64,000 bases of DNA from Candidatus Bathyarchaeota archaeon (lineage in GTDB: Archaea > Thermoproteota > Bathyarchaeia > TCS64): NCBI GenBank assembly GCA_963769425.1, contig CAVYLP010000006.1, positions 576,001 through 640,000 of the forward strand. Reading direction: 5' to 3'. The notes beneath the pieces were generated by a model. It searched no databases. It had not been told where the DNA came from and saw only the letters and a program-made list of their open reading frames with translations. The translations under genes and the position numbers were made by a program. This document shows, in pieces, positions 57,012-64,000 of this stretch; positions within the stretch are counted from its first letter, which is position 1, and each line of letters starts with the position of its first letter.

Positions 57012-58980
57012 GCCGAAACGGCGACGAAGAGACCCCGATTAACCGACGACTCACCGTCGCCCTCGCCGGCAACGCGAACGTCGGCAAGAGCGTCATATTC
57101 AACCAGCTAACGGGCCTCCACCAGCACGTCGGTAACTGGCCGGGGAAGACGGTGAAGCGCGCCGAGGGGACCCTCGTTTACGGCGGCTACACCATCGACA
57201 TCGTCGATCTCCCCGGAATATACAGCCTCAGCACCTTCAGCCTCGAGGAGAGGGTGAGCAGGGAGTACATCGCCGTCGAGCACCCCGACGCGCTGATTAA
57301 CGTCGTGGACGCCTCCGCCCTCGAAAGGAACCTCTTCTTCACTGCGCAGCTCCTCGAGCTCGAGCCCCACCTTATTGTGGCTCTGAATCAGATGGACATC
57401 GCCGAGAAGAGGGGAATCCAAGTCGACACTCAGCGACTCTCGGAGCGCCTAGGCGTCCCCGTCGTCCCGACGACGGCGATAAAGAACGAGGGACTCCAGG
57501 AGTTGATGGCCGAGGCGATCAGGATCCATGAAGAGCACTCCGAGACGCCCCACCCCCTAACATTCGGCTCAGAGATAGAGAAGGCGATCCGAGGGCTCAT
57601 CGCCGACCTAGACGGGGTGGAGACCCCGTACCCCCACCGTTGGATCGCGACGAAGCTCCTCGAGGGGGATGAGGAGATCGAGGGCCTCGCTTACGGTGGG
57701 AAACCGGCCCTCAGGGAGCGAGTCGCCGAGGCGCGGAGGGGGATCGAGGAGATACACGGGCACGACGCGGCCAGTGTGATTGCCTCCGAACGCTATGCGC
57801 TGGCGAGTGAGATAGCGGCGGGGGCCTCGTCTCAGGTCGAGCCCCGAAGGGGTCTGTGGAGGGGCGTTCAGGAGGCAACCAGCCACCCGCTCCTCGGTTA
57901 CGCCATAATGATTCTTGTAGTCGTCGGGATGTTCTACTCGATTTTCACCTTCGGGGGCGTCGCTTCAGGGCTACTCGGCGTAGGCTTTGATGCGCTGAAG
58001 TTTATCTACATCAGCGCCGTGGGTCGCGGGCCCATCCAAGACTTTGTCTGGAACGGGGTTATTGAGGGAGTTGTAGCAGGAACGTCCATCGCCCTCCCCT
58101 ACATAGTGCCCTTCTTCCTCGTGCTCAGCCTCCTTGAGGACTCCGGCTACCTGGCCCGGGTTGCGTTCCTCATGGACTCGCTCATGCATAAGATCGGGTT
58201 ACATGGGAAAGGCTTCATCCCGATGATGCTGGGCTTCGGCTGCAACGTACCCGCCTGCCTCGGCTGCTCGATCATGGAGACTGAGAGGGAGAGGCTGATA
58301 TGCGCCTTCGTCTCCAGCCTCGTGCCCTGCGCAGCGAGGAGCATCGTCATAATGGGGTTGGTCGCGACGTACCTCGGCTTCGGCTGGGCCGTCGCCCTCT
58401 ACGCCATCGACTTCGCACTCATCTTCGTCCTCGGCAGGATAGCCTTCAAGGTGCTCCCGGGGGAGCCCGTAGGCCTCATAATGGAGATGCCGAGTTACAA
58501 GTGGCCCACGGCCAAGGTGACGACGCAGCGCACATGGTTCAGGCTCAAGGACTTCGTATACGAGGCGTTCCCGATCATGGTGGCAATGGTAGGGGGAACG
58601 TCGTTATTTATGTCGCCAACGCGGTCGGACTACTCAGCCTCGTCCAGTCGGCGCTGAGCCCTGTGACGGTCCTCTGGCTCGGCCTACCCGCGGCGACGGG
58701 TATAGTCCTCATCTTCGGCGTGCTAAGGAAGGAGCTCACCCTCATCCTACTCGCCTCGATAATGGGGACGACTAACTTCGCCCTCATCCTCACCCCAACT
58801 CAGATGTTCGTCTTCGCCTTCGTCGTTATGATCTACATCCCCTGTATAGCGACTATCGCGGTGCTCGCAAAGGAGTTCGGGGGGAGGACCGCGGCCCTGA
58901 TAAGCCTCGTCGAGGTCGCCCTCGCGGTCGGCCTCGGCGGCGTGCTCTACAGAGTTCTGCTTCTGCTCGGGTTCGGCTAG
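57008..58980 (+). CDS. feoB: Ferrous iron transporter FeoB (frameshift near 58590)
   Basis: [42 protein letters not shown]; C-terminus RKE...YIPCIAT lies in the frame ending 58980. Confidence 0.92.
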
Positions 58981-59639
58981 ATTGTGCCGTACTTGGCGTA
59001 GACCGTGCTGAGGGTCGAACCGGCGAGGAGCTCCTTCCGGGTCTTCTTCTCGCTGCTCGCTCTCTTTAGAGCGCGCTCGATGGCCTCCTCGATCGCCGTG
59101 TCGGGGACGACTGTGACGCCGTCGATGTCGCCGACAATGAGGTCCCCCTCCTCGACGTTGACTCCGCCGCATCTGATTCTGCACCCGTAACCGATGGCGA
59201 CGACCCGCCCCTTGCTGCTTATCGGGCGGACGCCAGCGGCGAAGACTGGGAACTTCATCTCTTCGATCTGCCTGATGTCCCTGGCGAGGCCGTCGATGAC
59301 GGCGCCCGAGGCACCTCTGCACTGGGCAGCGGTAGAGAGAAGCTCACCCCAGAGTGCTGCCGATGTGGAGCCGTTGGAGGCGACTACCATGAGGTCGTCC
59401 TTCTTCAGGGCGTCTATGCCCTCGAGCTGGAGCTTGAATGTGTCTTGCTCGGGCTCGTGGATGTCCACCATGAGCATCGTGTGCGCTGTACCTACGACGA
59501 CGGCGCCGGGGTATGTGGGGCGTATGCCCTGAGTCATGCACTGGCTCCTTATTCCCATCCCGTCGAGGACGTCGCTGAGGAGGCTTGAGTTGAGCTTCTC
59601 CCTGACTATCTGCAGGTCGACCTTGTCCTTTTTCACCAA
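58977..59639 (-). CDS. RraA-like / HMG aldolase family protein
   Basis: LSDVLD, VGTAHT, ALWGELL, IDG.ARD, GDLIVGD.DG. Confidence 0.85.
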   Translation of the reverse strand: MVKKDKVDLQIVREKLNSSLLSDVLDGMGIRSQCMTQGIRPTYPGAVVVGTAHTMLMVDIHEPEQDTFKLQLEGIDALKKDDLMVVASNGSTSAALWGELLSTAAQCRGASGAVIDGLARDIRQIEEMKFPVFAAGVRPISSKGRVVAIGYGCRIRCGGVNVEEGDLIVGDIDGVTVVPDTAIEEAIERALKRASSEKKTRKELLAGSTLSTVYAKYGTI

Positions 59640-59755
59640 ATCAATCGAATATAGAAGCCCAAGGCCAGCCTTTAACATCTTAGGCCCGACAACAAACCCT
59701 TTAAGGTCAAAAAATTCTGTAAGGGGAGTAACCCCCGTCCTTGAGGGTTGTACCG

Positions 59756-60676
59756 ATGGAAGTTACCTTAACATGGTGGTTGATGTTCCACGCCGCGATA
59801 GCGGTCATGCTCCTGATCGACCTCTTCACAAGTAAGGGGAAGGGGAAACTCACCCTCAAGCGTGACATACTCTTCAGCATAATCTGGATCGGCATCGGCC
59901 TCGCCTTCGGCGCGATCATCTTCTTAGAGTTCGGTTCCGAGGAGGGGCTGAAGTACATCACGGCATACGTGACGGAGAAGGCACTCAGCATAGACAACCT
60001 CTTCGTCTTCATAGTCATCTTCACCTACTTCGCCGTACCCTTCGAGAGGCAGCACAAGACCCTGTTCTACGGTATCATCGGCGCCATACTCTTCAGGGGC
60101 GTATTCATCTACGTCGGCGTCGAGCTTATCGAGAGGTTCCACTTCGTCGTCTACATCTTCGGGGCCGTCCTCCTCTACTCGGCTTACAAGCTCCTCAAGG
60201 GGAAGATCGGGGAGTCCAACCCAGCTGAGAACCCCATAGTGAAGTTCGTGAGGAGGTTCCTACCGGTCTGCGAGGACTACGACGGTGACAAGTTCTTCTC
60301 GAAGGTCAACGGGGCGTTGATGTGCACCCCCCTCATCGTGGTTCTCCTCGTCATTGAGACGACGGACATTCTGTTTGCACTCGATTCGGTTCCGGCAGTC
60401 CTGACTATAACGGGCGAGTTCTTCACAGCGTACACGAGCAACATCATGGCGATCCTCGGCCTACGCGCCCTCTACTTCGTCGTCGCCCACGCCATGGGTG
60501 AGCTCAAGTACCTCGACAAGGGCCTCGCCATCGTCCTCGCCTACCTTGGCGTGAAGACCTTCGCGGGCTTCTTCGGGTTCGAGGTCCCGACGCTCTGGAA
60601 CATGGCGATAATACTCGGCACGATCGCCCTCTTCATAGTCCTGTCCCTCGTCTACAAGGACAAGAAGGGAAATAAG
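59756..60676 (+). CDS. TerC/Alx-family metal homeostasis membrane protein (true stop probably near 60675; ORF runs on through a tRNA)
   Basis: EKALSIDNLFVF, GIIGAI.FRG, IETTDI.FALDSVPA, SNI.AILGLRALYF. Confidence 0.88.
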
Positions 60677-60747
60677 GCAGGCAGCAGCGGCCGCCTAGAC
60701 GATTATTATCTAATACCGTTTCTTATGACTGAGCTGGAAAAGTATTA

Positions 60748-60824
60748 TGGCGGGTTCGGAGGGATTCGGACCCTCGGCCAACGGCTTAAGAGGCCGCCGC
60801 TCTACCTTGCTGAGCTACGAACCC
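60748..60824 (-). tRNA. tRNA-Lys(CTT)
   Basis: GGGTTCG/CGAACCC acceptor, GCTC/GAGC D-stem, GCGGC-CT CTT AA-GCCGT anticodon arm, GAGGG-TCCGAAT-CCCTC T-arm, encoded CCA. Confidence 0.95.
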
Positions 60825-60896
60825 GGTCGCCAACACTCATGCAAGCGTCTAAATTTAAACGTTTCAGCCCGGGTGGGCTGTTAAAAGGTGGAAGGG

Positions 60897-61244
60897 TCAC
60901 TTGATCAGCTTGACCTTTGAGGGCTCGACGCCTTCGGCGACTAGCTGCGAGAGGGTCTTCGCCTCACCGCCCGCGGCCTTGATCTTCTCCTTGGCCTCGT
61001 CGCTGAAGGAGAAGGCTGCGACGGTTACGGGGTGCTCGAGTGCACCGGATGAGAGGACCTTGCCGGGTACGGCGGCTATCTCACCCTCCTTGGTGAGCCT
61101 GTTTATTCTGCTCAGGTTTACGTCTACCCTGATCCTCTTCGGCTTGTCGAGCTCCTCGGCGAGGGCGCCCCAGATAGGCTGACCCGTCTTCTTCTTCGCC
61201 GTTTTTAGCTCCCTTATGGTCTTCTCAAGTTCACTGTTCATCAT
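60897..61244 (-). CDS. rpl18e: 50S ribosomal protein L18e
   Basis: IW..LAEEL.KP.R...VNLSRINR, VPGKVLSSG, VAAFSFS. Confidence 0.95.
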   Translation of the reverse strand: MMNSELEKTIRELKTAKKKTGQPIWGALAEELDKPKRIRVDVNLSRINRLTKEGEIAAVPGKVLSSGALEHPVTVAAFSFSDEAKEKIKAAGGEAKTLSQLVAEGVEPSKVKLIK

Positions 61245-62181
61245 ATGTTGGTTCACTTCCTGGTCCTGCTCCTCCGCCTCCGCCTTCCTCACCCTCTTCC
61301 TCCTCCTCGAACTCGCCGGAGCCGATGCTGTAGAGGCGGCGGCCCACTTCTGTGGGTGCCTCGAAGTCCTCGATCTCCTCGTGGAGCTCGCCCGCGTCTA
61401 CCTTGCGTTTGAGTTCCTCGAGCTTCGCGTTGAGGATCTTCACTGCCTCGGTTACTATCTTCTCCGGTGGGAGTGCGCCTGTGGATTCGACCGTGAAGAC
61501 GAACTCGTCCATCTTCATGTGGTCCTTGAGGGTTCCTTCCTTTAGGAGGCTGGTGCATGTTGGGCTGCGGTTAAAGGCTTGGATGTCCACGACCTTGATT
61601 GCGTCCTTCCTTGATAGCACGACGCCCCTCGGCGCCTCTTCGAGGCACTTGGCCGCGGTCGCGGCGTCGGTCTTGAACTCTGCGACGTTGTGGTAGATCG
61701 CCATCGCGACTGGGCTCCATTTAGTGTGGAAGCGCCCCTTCCCGAGCTGGGCGTACGCCTCGAGGCTTATCGACTGACCCGCGGCCAGCTTCGCCAAGGG
61801 GATGTATGGGCTCACCGGGGTCACGGCGGGGTCTACGGGTTGTAGGTCGCCCGAGTAGACGGTCTTCTTCTCGTCCTCCGCCTTTACGCTGAGGCTGAGG
61901 GTCACGCGACACTTGGGGCAGCCGAGGTCGGCCTTGCAGTCGCACTCCGACGGCAGCCTGTAGTGCTCTAGGTCGGTCTTGAGTGGCACGAGCCCAATGC
62001 GATGGGCGAGCACCTCGTCTGGTACGACGCTGGTGTTGTCGTAGTAGAAGATGTCCTCTATGGCCATGGTTGGGACTTCGCTGATCATGGTCCTGCGCAG
62101 TGCGTTGGCGAAGGCGCTGTCTATGCCGTCCGCTATGAAGCGGATTGTGTCCTCGTTTACGCTTAGCACCGTTACCTTCAT
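61231..62181 (-). CDS. rpoD: Archaeal RNA polymerase subunit Rpo3 (D)
   Basis: FANALRR.MISEVPTMAI, NTSV..DEVLAHRIGLVPL, G.G..H.KWSP, F.VESTGAL. Confidence 0.95.
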   Translation of the reverse strand: MKVTVLSVNEDTIRFIADGIDSAFANALRRTMISEVPTMAIEDIFYYDNTSVVPDEVLAHRIGLVPLKTDLEHYRLPSECDCKADLGCPKCRVTLSLSVKAEDEKKTVYSGDLQPVDPAVTPVSPYIPLAKLAAGQSISLEAYAQLGKGRFHTKWSPVAMAIYHNVAEFKTDAATAAKCLEEAPRGVVLSRKDAIKVVDIQAFNRSPTCTSLLKEGTLKDHMKMDEFVFTVESTGALPPEKIVTEAVKILNAKLEELKRKVDAGELHEEIEDFEAPTEVGRRLYSIGSGEFEEEEEGEEGGGGGAGPGSEPTYDEQ

Positions 62182-62196
62182 TGCAGCACCACCAGC

Positions 62197-62661
62197 TTAC
62201 GGCCTTCTGCCTCTCCTTCCTCCGGGCTTTCTCGTGCCATCGTGGGGGACGGGGGTGACCTCTTCGATGCGACCGATCCTGAACCCGCTTCGGGCGAGGA
62301 TACGGATCGCGGCTTGCGCGCCTGGGCCGGGGGTCTTGGACCCGCTGCCTCCGGGTGCGCGTACCTTGATGTGTATGCCTGTGATGCCCTTGTCGCGGCC
62401 CCAGTCGGCTATCTGCTGTGCGGCCTTCATCGCGGCGTAGGGGCTCGGCTTGAGCCTGTCTGCCTTGACGAACATGCCACCGGTGGCGAAGCCGAAGGTC
62501 TCGGCGCCGGTGAGGTCCGTCATGTGGATGATCGTGTTGTTGAAGCTGCTGAACACGTGGACTATCGCCCACTTATCACCAGCTGGCGGAGGCGTCGTGA
62601 CCGGCGTCGGCGCTGGTGTTGCGTCTGGGCTCGGCGTCGGTGGCGTGGTTTCGTTACTCAA
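62197..62661 (-). CDS. rps11: 30S ribosomal protein S11
   Basis: [42 protein letters not shown]. Confidence 0.97.
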   Translation of the reverse strand: MSNETTPPTPSPDATPAPTPVTTPPPAGDKWAIVHVFSSFNNTIIHMTDLTGAETFGFATGGMFVKADRLKPSPYAAMKAAQQIADWGRDKGITGIHIKVRAPGGSGSKTPGPGAQAAIRILARSGFRIGRIEEVTPVPHDGTRKPGGRRGRRP

Positions 62662-63205
62662 CCTTGTTTCCTCCAGCGATTTCGTTCACCATCATCTCCC
62701 TGCGGAGCGGGTGATCCTTGTTGCTGTACGGGCTCACGTCTGTGAAGTCGATGGTTTTCTCGTCGTCAATCAGGACGTGGTAGCCGGGGACCCTGACCTC
62801 CTTCCCGGAGATGCTGATGTGGCCGTGTGCGATGAGCTGTCTCGCCTGCCAGAGGCTCTTGACCATTCCTTTCCTGAAGATGAAGGTCTGGAGCCTGCGC
62901 TCCATGAGGTCCTCGATGCTCAGGGTAAGGATGTCGTCGAGCGTGCCGTTTTCCTGGACGAGCCCCATCTTGTGGAGCTTGCCGATCATCTCCTTCTCCT
63001 GTTTTTCGCGCTCCGTCGCCGTCTGGGCGAGTAGGCCACGGGCCCTGCGGCGTAGGGTACTGAGCTTGGTCCTCGCGCGCCAGAGCTCGCGCTTGTTGCG
63101 TAGCCCGTATGCGCCGAGGAGCTTCAGCTCCTCCATGAACATCTCCGTGTCGTATGGGACACGAGGAGTCGTGTATGATTTATGCTGCTTCTTTGGATCT
63201 CCCAT
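62654..63205 (-). CDS. rps4: 30S ribosomal protein S4
   Basis: [33 protein letters not shown]. Confidence 0.97.
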   Translation of the reverse strand: MGDPKKQHKSYTTPRVPYDTEMFMEELKLLGAYGLRNKRELWRARTKLSTLRRRARGLLAQTATEREKQEKEMIGKLHKMGLVQENGTLDDILTLSIEDLMERRLQTFIFRKGMVKSLWQARQLIAHGHISISGKEVRVPGYHVLIDDEKTIDFTDVSPYSNKDHPLRREMMVNEIAGGNKVE

Positions 63206-63209
63206 GCTC

Positions 63210-63689
63210 CTACTCCTCCTTCTTCGCCGCGGCCGGCTGCTGCAGCTGCTTCTTGGTGACGCCTACGCTGCGGCCCTTCCTCGCCGTGGTCTTCGTGTGC
63301 TGTCCACGGACCTTGATGCCGCGTGCGTGGCGTTCTCCCTTCCAGCTCCGGGTTTCCCTCATGAGCTCGAGTTCGTCCTTGGTCCTGATGTCCAAGTCGG
63401 AGGCGAGCAGGTGGTGGTCACCACCCGTTATGGGATCCTTCCTATGATTGAGCATCCACTTGGGCAACCCCACCTTTACGGGGTCTTCAAGTGCTTCCTC
63501 CAGACGCTTTACCTCCGCGTCGGAGAGGCTCCCCAACCTGTGGGTCGGATCTACGCCTACCGCCTTGGTCAAGGATAAGGCCATGCGTATGCCCATCCCC
63601 TTGATGTCGGAGACGGCGTACGGGACCGCCTTCGTACCGTCGAGGTTCGTCCCGTGCAGCCTTACTATATAGTTGAATTCCCTTGACAC
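63210..63689 (-). CDS. rps13: 30S ribosomal protein S13
   Basis: IVRL.GT.LDG.K, IKG.G, P.WMLN.RKD, SWKG.RH..G.KVRGQ.TKTT.RKG. Confidence 0.97.
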   Translation of the reverse strand: MSREFNYIVRLHGTNLDGTKAVPYAVSDIKGMGIRMALSLTKAVGVDPTHRLGSLSDAEVKRLEEALEDPVKVGLPKWMLNHRKDPITGGDHHLLASDLDIRTKDELELMRETRSWKGERHARGIKVRGQHTKTTARKGRSVGVTKKQLQQPAAAKKEE

Positions 63690-63833
63690 TGCGGAAATCT
63701 CCCGACAGTTTGTAACTGTTGAACATAAAAACGTTGCCTAAAATTGTCTCTTTATACTTAAGGGCGTGACCTGCTACCCAGGCGTGTGATCGAGGTGGCG
63801 TTAGGGGACAAAAATGGATGGCTGCGATGATGT

Positions 63834-64000
63834 TTAGACGCCTGAGACGTTTCGGTGAACCGTGACTGAACCGTTGCTCGTCTCGACATTCACGGAAATC
63901 TTGGTTTGAGCGGAGTCGTATCCAACTGTTTGGCCCGCTTTGGACGTTCTCGTGTCCTTTGAGTAGGTGAAGTTGGGTATGCTGAAGGTCACGTCGCCGT
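63834..64000 (-). CDS. 3' end of a DUF4097/adhesin-like beta-repeat protein (truncated by window)
   Basis: Manual translation GDVTFSIPNFTYSKDTRTSKAGQTVGYDSAQTKISVNVETSNGSVTVHRNVSGV*; the 'V.TSNG.V.V' ending is typical. Confidence 0.55.
   Translation of the reverse strand, partial: GDVTFSIPNFTYSKDTRTSKAGQTVGYDSAQTKISVNVETSNGSVTVHRNVSGV

Noticed and set aside
59721-59755. AAGGGGAGTAAC before terC as a yybP-ykoY Mn riboswitch
   Set aside because: It matches the 5' signature and gene context, but only ~35 nt separate it from the start codon, too short for the four-way junction; at most a remnant
60677-60904. C-terminal extension of the TerC ORF
   Set aside because: It runs antisense through tRNA-Lys; probably caused by an indel just before a TAA near 60675
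1-64000. Integrated mobile element at either tRNA
   Set aside because: No integrase or transposase gene and no duplicated tRNA 3' end seen

Overview
GC-rich archaeal chromosomal segment, most consistent with a TACK/Bathyarchaeia-type genome (TFB, Rpo3, rpL13e, rpL18e, TATA promoters, pantoate kinase). It carries about 65 genes: H+-PPase, Mg2+ P-type ATPase, Zn/Mn ABC transporter, DtxR-FeoB, TerC, GH116, a VapBC pair, a complete Ku/LigD-type NHEJ set, two paralogous ilvBN operons, ilvC, thrC, orphan gcvPA/PB, a split ribosomal-protein cluster and two tRNAs (Gly-GCC, Lys-CTT). At least eight genes have short frameshifting indels, several at homopolymers, which looks like long-read error rather than decay. 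Four signals stand out. (1) Both acetolactate synthase operons share a leader architecture: the same promoter spacing, then two abutting SD-led mini-ORFs (14 codons plus 7-8 codons) starting M-G-Y/N-R/C-F/I with Ile, Val or Leu at codon 6, and alternative anti-SD hairpins. This is a candidate archaeal branched-chain amino acid translational attenuator. (2) A 1 kb gene-free region has iteron-like arrays and a skew switch (candidate origin). (3) There are candidate structured RNAs at about 36.6 kb, about 26.8 kb and in the hppA 5' UTR. (4) The NHEJ locus has an unusual Lig-PE fusion abutting DUF72. All family calls and RNA folds were made by eye; no database search or folding program was run.
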